From positions 8,117 through 72,116 of the forward strand of contig CAKOIQ010000004.1 in assembly GCA_934086935.1 (NCBI GenBank): a stretch of 64,000 nt of DNA, read 5' to 3'. Below, piece by piece: positions 9,067 through 19,156 of the stretch; the first letter of the stretch is position 1; every line of letters begins with the position of its first letter. Below the pieces are notes generated by a model. That model saw only the letters and a program-made list of their open reading frames with translations, was not told the DNA's origin and did no database searches. This DNA is from an uncultured Bacilli bacterium (GTDB lineage: Bacteria > Bacillota_I > Bacilli_A > RF39 > UBA660). Made by a program: the position numbers and the translations under genes.

Positions 9067-10062
9067 ATGGGATTATTAAAATTTGCCCTTAAAGGAAACT
9101 ATAAAAGATATTATGAAGATTTAAAAGCTTTATCAAAAACAAATGGTAAAAGCCCAATATTAATGTTTATTGATACCGGCCTATCTTGTTTAGTTTGTAA
9201 ATCTGGCTTACAAGATTATATAAATTATAAATTTTATGACAAATCATGGAAAGAAAGAAAAGAATATGCAACGATTGGCTATCAACATGAATTTTATCGT
9301 TTAGCTGCTAACTGGGAATATGCACCATTCTTCTCAAACAAAGTAAATTTCCACAAAAATTTTGAAAAATTTACTAAAAGAAAATGTGTCAGTTATGATG
9401 ACGGTTTAGCTAAAGTAAAAAAATTTATTGAAAGTCATGATTCAGTGGTAAGAAAACCTATAACTGGCCTAGGTGGAGCAAATGTTGAAAAAATAGATAC
9501 AAAAGATATTAAAGACATAAATGAATTCTATGAAAATCTAAAAAAAGATAATTGTCTTATTGAAGAATTAGTAATTCAAAATAAAGAATGGTCAAAATTA
9601 AGTCCAAACAGTATTAACACAGTAAGAGTAGTAACTAAATGTATCAAAGGCAATGCTGAAGTAATTTTTGCTGTAGTTCGTATTGGATCTGGCAAATCAA
9701 TTGTTGATAACTTTCACCAAGGTGGATGCGGAGTAAAAGTTAACATTGAAAAAGGTGTATTAGAAGGCCCTACAATTGACAAGAAAAACAATGAAAGTGA
9801 ATATACCGCCGCAACTCACGTTAAAGTAGATGGTTTTAAAATCCCATATTGGAAAGAAATTGTTGAAATGACTTGCCAAGCAGCCAAAGTTAATGATAAA
9901 GTAAACATCGTTGGTTGGGATGTAGCCATAACAGACAATGGGCCCTTATTAATTGAAGGTAATCGTGGCCCCGGAATGGATATCATCCAAGTATTATATA
10001 AAAGAGGAGTAAAACCAGATTTAGAAAAAATCAAACAAGAAATCCTAGAAAGTGAGAAATAA
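9067..10062 (+). CDS. ATP-grasp enzyme, 'sugar-transfer-associated' / RimK-related type
   Basis: NFHQGGCGVKV...G.L and GWDVAITDNGPLLIEGN motifs typical of that ATP-grasp clade. AGGAG 9054-9058 favours ATG 9067. Confidence 0.5.
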   Translation: MGLLKFALKGNYKRYYEDLKALSKTNGKSPILMFIDTGLSCLVCKSGLQDYINYKFYDKSWKERKEYATIGYQHEFYRLAANWEYAPFFSNKVNFHKNFEKFTKRKCVSYDDGLAKVKKFIESHDSVVRKPITGLGGANVEKIDTKDIKDINEFYENLKKDNCLIEELVIQNKEWSKLSPNSINTVRVVTKCIKGNAEVIFAVVRIGSGKSIVDNFHQGGCGVKVNIEKGVLEGPTIDKKNNESEYTAATHVKVDGFKIPYWKEIVEMTCQAAKVNDKVNIVGWDVAITDNGPLLIEGNRGPGMDIIQVLYKRGVKPDLEKIKQEILESEK

Positions 10063-10064
10063 AT

Positions 10065-11162
10065 ATGTTAAAAGCAGGAATAGTTGGATTACCAAATGTC
10101 GGAAAAAGTACATTATTTAATGCCATAACTAAAAAGAATATTTTAGCAGCAAACTATCCTTTTGCCACAATAGATCCAAATGTTGGAGTAGTAACTGTCC
10201 CAGATTCAAGATTAGAATATTTAGAAAATCTATATCTACCAGAAAGAACAATTCCAACAACTTATGAATTTACTGATATTGCTGGTCTAGTAAAAGGCGC
10301 ATCACAAGGAGAAGGATTAGGGAATAAATTCTTAAGTCATATTAGAGAAGTAGACGCTATAGTTGAAGTAGTAAGATGTTTTGAAAATGGAGATATTATT
10401 CATGTAGAAGGACAAATCGATCCAATCAGAGATATTGAAATCATTAATTTAGAATTAGCAATCAGTGACTTAGAAATAGTTCAAAATCGTATTGGCAAAA
10501 TAGCTAAAAAATGTGAAATGACCAAAGATAAAGGAGAATTACTAGAATTTGCAACCTTAAAAAAATGTGAAGATGCTCTTATGCATAATATCCCTTTAAG
10601 AAGAATAGAATTTGACAAAGATGAATTACTAGTCTTAAAACCATTTTGCTTAATAACATTAAAACCAATTATTTATATGGCTAATGTTAACGAAGATGAC
10701 GCTATTTTAGGACATAATAAATATACAGATATGGTATCTGAGTATGCCGCAAAAGAAAATGCTAGTGTCATAGTTGTATGTGCCAAAATGGAAAGTGAAC
10801 TTGCTGAAATGAATGACGATGACAAAGTTGAATTCCTAAAAGAAATGGGTATTTCCAATAGTGGTTTAGATAAACTAATATTTGCTACATACGATTTATT
10901 AGGATTACAAACATTCTTTACATCCGGAAAAGATGAATGCCGCGCATGGACATTCAAAAAAGGAATGAAAGCACCAGAATGTGCCGGAATTATCCATTCA
11001 GATTTCCAACGAGGATTCATTAAAGCTGAAGTAATGTCATTTAATGATTTAAAAGAATATGGAAGCGAATTAAAAGTAAAAGAAGCTGGAAAAATGCGTT
11101 TAGAAGGTAAAGAATACCAAATGCAAGATGGAGACATCGTATATTTTAGATTTAATGTTTAA
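10065..11162 (+). CDS. ychF: Ribosome-binding ATPase YchF
   Basis: GIVGLPNVGKSTLFNA, DIAGLVKGAS.GEGLGN, C-terminal TGS-like FIKAEV... Confidence 0.92.
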   Translation: MLKAGIVGLPNVGKSTLFNAITKKNILAANYPFATIDPNVGVVTVPDSRLEYLENLYLPERTIPTTYEFTDIAGLVKGASQGEGLGNKFLSHIREVDAIVEVVRCFENGDIIHVEGQIDPIRDIEIINLELAISDLEIVQNRIGKIAKKCEMTKDKGELLEFATLKKCEDALMHNIPLRRIEFDKDELLVLKPFCLITLKPIIYMANVNEDDAILGHNKYTDMVSEYAAKENASVIVVCAKMESELAEMNDDDKVEFLKEMGISNSGLDKLIFATYDLLGLQTFFTSGKDECRAWTFKKGMKAPECAGIIHSDFQRGFIKAEVMSFNDLKEYGSELKVKEAGKMRLEGKEYQMQDGDIVYFRFNV

Positions 11163-11190
11163 AAGTGCTAATTTATTAACACTTTTTTAT

Positions 11191-11219
11191 TTGCATATAA
11201 TTAAAGTGTATGCTATAAT
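11191..11219 (+). promoter_or_regulatory. Sigma-A-type promoter of rpsF-ssb-rpsR
   Basis: TTGCAT (11191-96), 17-nt spacer, TG-c-TATAAT (11211-19). Confidence 0.55.
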
Positions 11220-11226
11220 ACTGCGT

Positions 11227-11258
11227 GAGCGAAAGCTCCTTGCTTTGTTATACAAAGC
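11227..11258 (+). promoter_or_regulatory. Structured rpsF 5' leader (possible S6:S18 autoregulatory element)
   Basis: gagc-GAAA-gctc (11227-38) and gctttg-ttata-caaagc (11242-58) hairpins just upstream of SD AAGGAGG. Confidence 0.35.
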
Positions 11259-11285
11259 CGAATAGACCAGAAGGAGGATAGAAAA

Positions 11286-11576
11286 ATGGACAAATACGAA
11301 ATTATGTTTATCGTAAAAACTACTTTAGAAGAATCAGTTGTTAAATCAACAGTTGAATCTCTAACATCTATTATTACTGACATGAAAGGTAAAATAGAAG
11401 GTTCTAAAGATATGGGACAAAGAGAATTAGCTTATCCAATCAAAAAAGAAATTAGTGGTTTTTATTATGTATTAACAGTTGAAGCTAGTCATGAAGCAAT
11501 TGCTGAATTTGATCGTAAAGCTAGACTTAATGAAAACATATTAAGACATCAAATTATTAAACTAGATGAGGAGTAA
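11286..11576 (+). CDS. rpsF: 30S ribosomal protein S6
   Basis: MDKYEIMFIV...RELAYPIKK; position upstream of ssb. Confidence 0.92.
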   Translation: MDKYEIMFIVKTTLEESVVKSTVESLTSIITDMKGKIEGSKDMGQRELAYPIKKEISGFYYVLTVEASHEAIAEFDRKARLNENILRHQIIKLDEE

Positions 11577-11579
11577 TAA

Positions 11580-12032
11580 ATGAATAATGTTACTTTAGTT
11601 GGAAGACTAACAAAAGATCCAGAACTTAGAACTATAAGTACTGGTAATACTACTTGTTCTTTTACAGTAGCAGTTTCACGTCAATTTACTAACGCAAATG
11701 GCGAAAGAGAAACAGATTTTATTAACTGTGTAATCTGGGGAAAACAAGCAGAAAATTTATGTAAATTTTGTACAAAAGGATCACTAGTTGGAGTAACTGG
11801 TCGTATCCAAACAAGAAATTATGATGGCCAAGATGGAAGAAAGGTTTATGTAACGGAAGTTGCAGCAAGCAATATCTCATTCTTAGGCAGTAAAAATGGT
11901 GGTAATTCATCTGATGGAATGCCACAACAAAATGTAAATTCAAATCCTATCGAAACATCTGATATAAGCGAAGATCCATTTAAAGACTTTGGTTCAGAAG
12001 TAGTACTTAGTGATGACGATTTACCATTTTAG
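11580..12032 (+). CDS. ssb: Single-stranded DNA-binding protein
   Basis: MNNVTLVGRLTKDPELR OB-fold N-terminus; acidic tail ending DDDLPF. Confidence 0.92.
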   Translation: MNNVTLVGRLTKDPELRTISTGNTTCSFTVAVSRQFTNANGERETDFINCVIWGKQAENLCKFCTKGSLVGVTGRIQTRNYDGQDGRKVYVTEVAASNISFLGSKNGGNSSDGMPQQNVNSNPIETSDISEDPFKDFGSEVVLSDDDLPF

Positions 12033-12045
12033 AAAGGATTAAAAA

Positions 12046-12261
12046 ATGGCTGAATTTTATCGTAAAAAGAAAAAGATTTGTCAAATGTGTGCTGGCAAAG
12101 ACGTTGATTATAAAGATGTTAACATAATTAGTAAATATATTAATGATAAAGGCAAAATTATGCCTCGTAGAATGACTGGAGCATGTGCTAAACATCAAAG
12201 ATATATTGCTAAACAAGTTAAAAGAGCACGTTTTATGGCATTAATACCATTTGTTAAATAA
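12046..12261 (+). CDS. rpsR: 30S ribosomal protein S18
   Basis: KKICQMCAGK..DYKD...ISKYI..KGKIMPRRMTG.CAKHQR. Confidence 0.92.
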   Translation: MAEFYRKKKKICQMCAGKDVDYKDVNIISKYINDKGKIMPRRMTGACAKHQRYIAKQVKRARFMALIPFVK

Positions 12262-12348
12262 TTTAAGACATAAAGAGGGTACCTGTAAGGGTATCTTTTT
12301 TTATAAATATTTGTTATAATAACCTTGGTTAGATGGGAGTTTTAAATC

Positions 12349-12792
12349 ATGAAAGTAATTTTATTAAAAGACGTTAAAAAACAAGGAAAAAAAGATCAAA
12401 TTATCGAAGTAAGTGATGGATATGCTCAAAACTATCTTATTAAAAATGGCTTAGCAGTAAAATATACAACAACAAGTAAAACAGTTTTAGATAAACAAAT
12501 ATCAAAAAGAAATGCTGACGAAGAAGCATTAATTGCAAAATGCCAAGAAATAAAAGCAAAAATTGAAAAAAAAGAACTAATTTTTAACGCAAAAACCGGA
12601 AAAAATGGTAAAATATTTGGTACTATCTCTTCAAAACAAATTGCCGAAAAATTAGCAGAGTTAAAAATTGAAGTAGATAAAAAAACAATAGACATTAAAA
12701 ATCCAATTGATACATTGGGTACACATTTAGTAGACATAAATCTACATAAAAAAGTTAAAGCAGAAGCAAAAGTAGTAGTAAAAGAGGTGTAA
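12349..12792 (+). CDS. rplI: 50S ribosomal protein L9
   Basis: MKVILLKDVKKQGKKDQIIEVSDGYAQNYLI. Confidence 0.92.
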   Translation: MKVILLKDVKKQGKKDQIIEVSDGYAQNYLIKNGLAVKYTTTSKTVLDKQISKRNADEEALIAKCQEIKAKIEKKELIFNAKTGKNGKIFGTISSKQIAEKLAELKIEVDKKTIDIKNPIDTLGTHLVDINLHKKVKAEAKVVVKEV

Positions 12793-12793
12793 T

Positions 12794-14140
12794 ATGGCAG
12801 AAAGAAAATTGCCTCAAAATTTAGAAGCCGAAATGGCTGTTTTAGGCTGTACGTTTCTAACTAATTATGCATTTGATAAAGTGTGTGAAGAATTAGATTC
12901 TGATATGTTTATTAGCGAGCCTAATAGAAGAATTTTTGATGCAATTAATTCTTTGCACCAAAGTAAAATCCCCTTGGACTCAGCTACAGTTAAAAATGAA
13001 ATAGAAAAAAAAGGTTCTATCAATCTTATTGGTGGTATTGAATACTTAAGTGAGGTAATTGATTCTGTAATAACCGCTGCAAATGTTGATTATTATATAG
13101 ATATTGTTAGGGAAAAAGCTTTACGAAGAAAATTAATAGATGTGACTAACACAATTACATCAAGCGCTTATGATGAACAGGAAAATACCAATGATTTAAT
13201 TGATGATGCTGAAAGAAAAATCTTTAGTGTAACAAAAGCAAGAAAAGCAGGAGAGTTTAAAACAATCGGTGAAGTAATGCGTAGCACGCAACAAGATTTA
13301 GAACGATTGGCTAAAAATCAAAATGAAATAACCGGAATTCCTTCTGGATTCTATGATCTAGATAAATTAACAAGCGGTTTTCATCCAAATGAATTAATTA
13401 TCTTAGCAGCAAGACCTGCCATGGGTAAAACCGCCTTCGGCTTAAATCTTGCAGTTAATGCTGCTCAAAAAACAGATAAAGCTGTGGCAATATTTAACAT
13501 GGAAATGAGTGCTGAACAACTTGCTATACGTATGATTGCCGCTGCTGGAGGAATTGAATTGAGTAAACTAAAAACAGGCCGTTTAGAACATAACGACTGG
13601 AAAAAAGTTAATGAAGCAATGAGCGAACTTGGAGATACCAATCTCTATATTGAAGATTCCTCAGGTATGACAATTTCGGAAATAAGAGCCAAATGTCGTC
13701 GTTTAGCAACTCAAGAAAAAGGGTTAGGCTTAGTTGTAATCGATTATTTACAGCTTATTACTGGCAGTGCTAAATATGAAGGAAACCGTCAACAAGAAGT
13801 TTCAGAGATTTCTCGTTCTTTAAAGACTATGGCAATGGAATTAAAAATACCAGTTATTGCCTTAGCACAGTTATCTCGTAGTGTTGAATTACGTGAAAAC
13901 AAAAGACCAATCATGAGTGATTTAAGAGAATCAGGTTCAATTGAACAAGATGCTGACATAGTCGCTTTCCTATATCGTGACGATTACTATAATAAACCAG
14001 CAGGCGATGATTCAAATGTGTCAATTACCGAATTAATCATTGGTAAACATCGTAATGGTGGAACCGGCACAATCGAATTACTATTCGAAAGAGATATGAG
14101 CAACTTTAGAAATTACATAAAAAAAGAAGAAAATAAGTAA
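12794..14140 (+). CDS. dnaB: Replicative DNA helicase (DnaB family)
   Basis: LPQNLEAEMAVLG N-terminus, Walker A ARPAMGKTAF, ELKIPVIALAQLSR, IIGKHRNG. Confidence 0.92.
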   Translation: MAERKLPQNLEAEMAVLGCTFLTNYAFDKVCEELDSDMFISEPNRRIFDAINSLHQSKIPLDSATVKNEIEKKGSINLIGGIEYLSEVIDSVITAANVDYYIDIVREKALRRKLIDVTNTITSSAYDEQENTNDLIDDAERKIFSVTKARKAGEFKTIGEVMRSTQQDLERLAKNQNEITGIPSGFYDLDKLTSGFHPNELIILAARPAMGKTAFGLNLAVNAAQKTDKAVAIFNMEMSAEQLAIRMIAAAGGIELSKLKTGRLEHNDWKKVNEAMSELGDTNLYIEDSSGMTISEIRAKCRRLATQEKGLGLVVIDYLQLITGSAKYEGNRQQEVSEISRSLKTMAMELKIPVIALAQLSRSVELRENKRPIMSDLRESGSIEQDADIVAFLYRDDYYNKPAGDDSNVSITELIIGKHRNGGTGTIELLFERDMSNFRNYIKKEENK

Positions 14141-14153
14141 AGAAGTGATAAAT

Positions 14154-15659
14154 ATGAAAACTAGAGATATTTTACTTTCCATTTTGGCAACTTTAATACT
14201 TAGTATGCTGTTATTTTTTATTGGAGCAAAAAAAGAAACACTTGCATCTCCAGTAGACGTATACGAAGTTTATTTAAATGGTGAATCCATTGGATATTTG
14301 AATTCAGAAACTGATTTTTTAAGATTAGTAGATAATAAACAAAATGAAATAAAAAATAAATATAAAGTAGCTAAAGTATATCCACCATCAGGACTAGTTA
14401 TAGAAAAAGTATCAACTTACCAAGAAAATATTTTAACACCAGAACAAATCTATAATATTATCGAAAACAAAAATCCATTTACTATTGATGGATATGCTGT
14501 GACAATAAAATATAAAGATGAAAATAAAAAACCAGTAACAATTTATGCCTTAAAAAAAGAATATTTTGAAGACGCATTTTACAACACGGTAGCAGCATTT
14601 GTTGGAACAACAGAATTACAAGCTTATAAAAATAATACCCAAGAAGAAATAACTGACGTTGGTAAATTAATTGATTCAATCTATTGGGAAGAAGAAGTGA
14701 CAATAAGAAAAGCTTATATTAGTACTGAAGAACAAATCTTCACAAACTCAAATGAATTAAGTCAATATATGTTATTTGGTACTACTGAAAAACAAAAAAC
14801 CTATATCGTTAAAGATGGTGATTCAATTGACGATATAATTGATAAAAACAACTTAAGTATTGAAGAATTCTTAATTGCTAATCCAACTATACCAAGTCAA
14901 AATATTTTATTAACAAAAAATCAAGAAGTTTCAATCGGATTAATCTCACCACTTATTAATGTAGTACATGAAGTAGAAGTGGTAGAAGATATTACAAATA
15001 AATACACTACCGAATATAAAGAAGACAGTTCGCTTTATTATGGAACTCAAAAAGTAATTCAAGAAGGAAGCAATGGTTTATCTAGAGTTACTGAGAAAAT
15101 TCAATATAAAAATGGAGCTGTAGAACAATTATATATTACTAAATCAGAAGAAATTTCTCCAGCAATTAATAAAATAGTTGTTAGAGGAACCAAAGCATAT
15201 AGTTATGGTGGCACATACATAAATACTGGAAATGAAGACTGGTACTGGCCAACAGTTAGTCCATATGTTATTACAAGTAGATTCGGATGGCGTTGGGGTA
15301 AACATCATAATGGTATTGATATTTCTGGTACTGGATTTGGTTCTCCAATCTATTCTGCAACCGATGGAGTTGTAGTTGCTACAAATAATACATGTTCAAA
15401 TCAGGGATATTATGGTAGCCGCTGTGGTATGAGTTGGGGAAACTATATTAGAGTATCATACAATGGGGGTAAATATACAATTATATATGCGCATATAACT
15501 AAAGAATTAAAAGTAAAAGTTGGGGATAAGGTAACTCGTGGTCAACAAATTGGTTACATGGGAAATAGTGGTTCATCGACTGGAACCCACTTACACTTTG
15601 GTATCTTAGATCAAAATAATAATTATTTAAACCCATGTAAGGCGGCATTTTCATGCTAG
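14154..15659 (+). CDS. Membrane-anchored LysM + G5 + M23 (LytM-type) peptidase
   Basis: LysM (YIVKDGDSIDDII...), G5 (YGTQKVIQEGSNGL...VVRGTK), M23 (HHNGIDISG...GNSGSSTGTHLHFGI). ATG 14154 preferred over GTG 14145. Confidence 0.8.
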   Translation: MKTRDILLSILATLILSMLLFFIGAKKETLASPVDVYEVYLNGESIGYLNSETDFLRLVDNKQNEIKNKYKVAKVYPPSGLVIEKVSTYQENILTPEQIYNIIENKNPFTIDGYAVTIKYKDENKKPVTIYALKKEYFEDAFYNTVAAFVGTTELQAYKNNTQEEITDVGKLIDSIYWEEEVTIRKAYISTEEQIFTNSNELSQYMLFGTTEKQKTYIVKDGDSIDDIIDKNNLSIEEFLIANPTIPSQNILLTKNQEVSIGLISPLINVVHEVEVVEDITNKYTTEYKEDSSLYYGTQKVIQEGSNGLSRVTEKIQYKNGAVEQLYITKSEEISPAINKIVVRGTKAYSYGGTYINTGNEDWYWPTVSPYVITSRFGWRWGKHHNGIDISGTGFGSPIYSATDGVVVATNNTCSNQGYYGSRCGMSWGNYIRVSYNGGKYTIIYAHITKELKVKVGDKVTRGQQIGYMGNSGSSTGTHLHFGILDQNNNYLNPCKAAFSC

Positions 15660-16417
15660 TAAGTGTTTTAGCAAGTGGTTCTAAAGGTAACTCAACATTA
15701 ATTGCTACCGAAAGGGTAAAAATATTAATAGATGCCGGAAAAAATCAAAAGTATTTAGAAAATGCATTAAATCAAATAAATTTTTCATTAAAAGATATTA
15801 ATTATATTTTAATAACTCATACTCATGCAGATCATACAAGTGCATTAAAAACAATTGTCAAAAGTCATAAACCAACAATAGTTTTAACAGAATTAATGTA
15901 TCAAGATTTAGATTATTTAAAAAATTATGAAAATATATTATTTTTAACAGATAATTTAGTATTAGAAGATTTAGTTATAGAGAATATTAAAACATCTCAT
16001 GATACATCAGATAGTCGTGGTTATATTGTTACTCAAGGGAATTCATCTGTAGTTCAAATAACCGATACCGGATATTTGAATCAAAAGTATTTTAAAAAAC
16101 TTCAAAATAAAACAATCTATATTTTTGAAAGCAATCATAATATTGAAATGCTAATGCATGGTAGATATCCAAAGTGGCTAAAAGCAAGAGTTAGTAGTGA
16201 CGTTGGCCACCTATCAAATGAGTCAAGTGCATTCTATTTAACAAAATTAATTGGCGAAAATACTAAAGAAATAATTTTAGCCCATTTAAGTGAAGAAAAT
16301 AATACACCTGAACTAGCTTTAGAAACATTAAATAAAGAGTTCGCTGAAAATAATATTAACTTTAATAATATTGTTGCCGCAAAACAAGAAGAAAGAACGG
16401 ATCTTATAGAAGTATGA
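15653..16417 (+). CDS. Metallo-beta-lactamase-fold protein, YycJ/WalJ-like
   Basis: LASGSKGNSTLI, ILITHTHADH. Confidence 0.7.
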   Translation: MLVSVLASGSKGNSTLIATERVKILIDAGKNQKYLENALNQINFSLKDINYILITHTHADHTSALKTIVKSHKPTIVLTELMYQDLDYLKNYENILFLTDNLVLEDLVIENIKTSHDTSDSRGYIVTQGNSSVVQITDTGYLNQKYFKKLQNKTIYIFESNHNIEMLMHGRYPKWLKARVSSDVGHLSNESSAFYLTKLIGENTKEIILAHLSEENNTPELALETLNKEFAENNINFNNIVAAKQEERTDLIEV

Positions 16418-16848
16418 TAAGAATAATATGTATAGGTAAATTAAAAGAAAAATATTTAGTTAATATGATAGAAGATTATTTAAAAAGAATTAACAAATAT
16501 CACAAAATAGAACTAATAGAATTAAAAGATGATAGCAAAAAAGAAGAAGGCGAAAGAATATTATCTAAGTTAAATACTCGTTCATTAAAAGTAGCGTTAA
16601 CCTTAGATGGACAAAAATTTAACTCTCCTTCTTTTTCTAATTTTATTGATAAAAGTCTTGCAACTTACGGTAATATCGACTTTATCATTGGGGGTTCCGA
16701 TGGAATTGATGAATCAGTTTTATCCAAAGTTGATAGCAAAATATCATTCAGCGATTTAACATTTCCTCATGGTTTATTTAGAGGAATATTATTAGAACAA
16801 ATATATCGTGCATTTAAAATAATAAATAATGAAACATATCATAAGTGA
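16414..16848 (+). CDS. rlmH: 23S rRNA (pseudouridine1915-N3)-methyltransferase RlmH
   Basis: SPOUT fold, IDFIIGGSDG, LTFPHGLFR..L.EQIYRA. Confidence 0.85.
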   Translation: MIRIICIGKLKEKYLVNMIEDYLKRINKYHKIELIELKDDSKKEEGERILSKLNTRSLKVALTLDGQKFNSPSFSNFIDKSLATYGNIDFIIGGSDGIDESVLSKVDSKISFSDLTFPHGLFRGILLEQIYRAFKIINNETYHK

Positions 16849-16855
16849 GGTAAAA

Positions 16856-17281
16856 ATGGAAGATTTAATTTATGTTGTTGGAACTGCTTTTATTAAAGAC
16901 GGAAAAGTATTAATAAGTATGTCACAAAGAAGTTCTAAAAAAGGAAAATACACATTAGTTGGTGGCGGAGTTGAAAAAGGGGAAACATTTAAAGAAGCAG
17001 CCAGAAGAGAAATTAAAGAAGAAATAGCAAATGGTTTTGATATTGATGAAAACGAATTAGAAGAAATATTATGCTTTAGAGAACCCGCTTTATCAGACCC
17101 ATCATTAACTATTGAAATGCATATGATGCTAGCAAAAAAAGCAATAAATGTTGAATTAATTCCCAATGAAGAAATAATTGAATATAAATGGTTTGGCTTG
17201 GATGATGATGATTTATATGTGTCAACTGCCATAAAAGATCACTTTATTCCCTGGGCTGTTGCTAATAAAATAATGTATTAG
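16856..17281 (+). CDS. NUDIX hydrolase
   Basis: Nudix box GGGVEKGETFKEAARREIKEEI. RBS GTGAGG favours ATG 16856. Confidence 0.8.
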   Translation: MEDLIYVVGTAFIKDGKVLISMSQRSSKKGKYTLVGGGVEKGETFKEAARREIKEEIANGFDIDENELEEILCFREPALSDPSLTIEMHMMLAKKAINVELIPNEEIIEYKWFGLDDDDLYVSTAIKDHFIPWAVANKIMY

Positions 17282-17288
17282 GATATTT

Positions 17289-18476
17289 ATGAATAAAACA
17301 ATTAAAAAAATATTAACAGTATTTGCTTTATTTGCACTAGCAGATGGTATTTATTATAATTTTTTAGAATTGTGGTTAGCTGAAAATGGAATGCAGATTA
17401 AAACCATTGGAACTGTATTTAGCCTTTGTTCAATCCTAACCGTTTCAACTATATTCTTATGTTCAAATTTAGTTAAAAGAAATAAACTAAAAAAGTTTAC
17501 AAACATATTATTTCTTGTAAAAACAATAATTTTAATAGTTTTATTTTTCTTAAATAAAACCGGGTTAAATGTATTAATAAGATTTTTAGTTATGCTAGAT
17601 TGGTGTATTGATACAGAGATAATAGTATCGATATACCCATTAATATCTAATATAAAAAAAGACAATAATGCATTTGCTCTAAAATCATTAATATACAATG
17701 GATTTTATTATATAGGAGTAGTAATAGTTGGTTTCTTATTAGGCAAGCAAATATCACTAATAAAAATTTCATATAATTCCTATGTATTAATATCATTTAT
17801 TCTTATGTTATTATGTGGTGTCTTGTTCACACAAATAGATTATGAACCAGAACGTCAACATAAAGATGAAACAAAATCAATTATCACAAACGTAATAAAA
17901 GATATTAAGCACGATAAAATATCAAAATATTATCTATTATTTTTATTATTTGGTGAAATATCTTTTTATACAGTAATGGGAATTCTACTAACAATATTAA
18001 TAAAAAACTTTGATTATCAGCCGGCAGTTGCATCTAATATTAAATTAATATCAGGAATTATCGCTGTACTTTTAGGATATTTAGTTTTAGCTAAATTTAC
18101 ATTTAAAAACAATTATATTAATTTTACAATTAAGTATATAATAAGATACTTATTATATATAATTGCAGTTTTAATTCCTACTAAACCCGTAATTTTAATA
18201 GCAATAATGTATGCTAGATTATTATCTTGCTGTTATGTAAACATCACAGATGCACCTTATATAAATAGATTCAATGGAGATGAACAATTATCATTTTCTA
18301 ATTTTAGAGAAATGATTAGTTATTTAGGTAGAGCAATAGGAACATATCTTTGTGGAATAACATTTGCAGTAGGAATAACTACGAATTTATTTTTAGCATC
18401 AATATTTTGTTTACTACAAATAATAACTGGATTAACAGCATTATATTTATATAATCAAGAAAGGAAAACAATATGA
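17289..18476 (+). CDS. Polytopic membrane transporter, MFS-like
   Basis: About 12 hydrophobic segments in a 6+6 arrangement with a central charged loop; no sharper motif recognised. Confidence 0.45.
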   Translation: MNKTIKKILTVFALFALADGIYYNFLELWLAENGMQIKTIGTVFSLCSILTVSTIFLCSNLVKRNKLKKFTNILFLVKTIILIVLFFLNKTGLNVLIRFLVMLDWCIDTEIIVSIYPLISNIKKDNNAFALKSLIYNGFYYIGVVIVGFLLGKQISLIKISYNSYVLISFILMLLCGVLFTQIDYEPERQHKDETKSIITNVIKDIKHDKISKYYLLFLLFGEISFYTVMGILLTILIKNFDYQPAVASNIKLISGIIAVLLGYLVLAKFTFKNNYINFTIKYIIRYLLYIIAVLIPTKPVILIAIMYARLLSCCYVNITDAPYINRFNGDEQLSFSNFREMISYLGRAIGTYLCGITFAVGITTNLFLASIFCLLQIITGLTALYLYNQERKTI

Positions 18477-19132
18477 TAGGAAATGACTGGGATGATAAAT
18501 TATCAATAGTTTGGAATAGTCCGGGATTTCATAAATTTTGGCATATAATAGAACATGAATATCAAACTAAGACAATTTATCCAACTCAAAATAATATTTT
18601 TAATGCATTAAAATTAACCCCATATTCAAACACTAAAGTTGTAATAGTAGGGCAAGATCCTTATCACGGTGAAAATCAAGCCCACGGCTTATCGTTTTCT
18701 GTTCAAAAAGGTGTACAATTACCACCATCTTTAAAAAACATTTACAAAGAAATATACGACGATTTAGGTATCGAAGAACCAAACTGTGGTGATTTAACAA
18801 AATGGGCTAAAGAAGGCGTTCTTTTACTAAACTCTTCATTAACTGTTATAAAAGATATGCCAAATAGTCATCAAAATATCGGATGGAGTAACTTAACAGA
18901 TTATATTATTAAAGTTTTAAATCAAAAGGAAGAACCAGTAGTATTTATCTTATGGGGTAACTTTGCTAAGAGCAAAAAACAATTTATTACTAATAAAAAA
19001 CATTTAATTTTAGAATCAACACATCCATCACCCTTTAGCGCTAGTAGTGGTTTTTTTGGTAGCCATCCCTTTAGTAAAACAAATGCATTCCTAGATGCTC
19101 ATGGCTTAGAACCAATTAATTGGCAACTATAA
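18473..19132 (+). CDS. ung: Uracil-DNA glycosylase
   Basis: VVIVGQDPYHG, GVLLLNS.LTV, HPSPFSA. Confidence 0.92.
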   Translation: MIGNDWDDKLSIVWNSPGFHKFWHIIEHEYQTKTIYPTQNNIFNALKLTPYSNTKVVIVGQDPYHGENQAHGLSFSVQKGVQLPPSLKNIYKEIYDDLGIEEPNCGDLTKWAKEGVLLLNSSLTVIKDMPNSHQNIGWSNLTDYIIKVLNQKEEPVVFILWGNFAKSKKQFITNKKHLILESTHPSPFSASSGFFGSHPFSKTNAFLDAHGLEPINWQL

Positions 19133-19156
19133 AAGACTGTGTAAAGTCTTTTTTTC
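19132..19156 (+). terminator. Intrinsic terminator of ung
   Basis: aaagact / agtcttt stem, 6-nt loop, T-run. Confidence 0.7.

Noticed and set aside
10673-11137. 154-aa antisense ORF inside ychF, plus similar antisense ORFs inside pheS/T-box (24674..25105), uvrA (52623..53042, 53355..53663), the NUDIX gene (16870..17232), the MFS-like gene (17354..17698), rplL (63137..63457), rplI (12432..12737) and others in the track.
   Set aside because: None has an RBS or promoter, their products are low-complexity or hydrophobic, and each is fully embedded opposite a confidently identified conserved gene. This is typical shadow-ORF behaviour.
12007-12216. 69-aa minus-strand ORF spanning the ssb-rpsR junction.
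   Set aside because: It is antisense to two highly expressed conserved genes, has no RBS, and has a hydrophobic low-complexity product.
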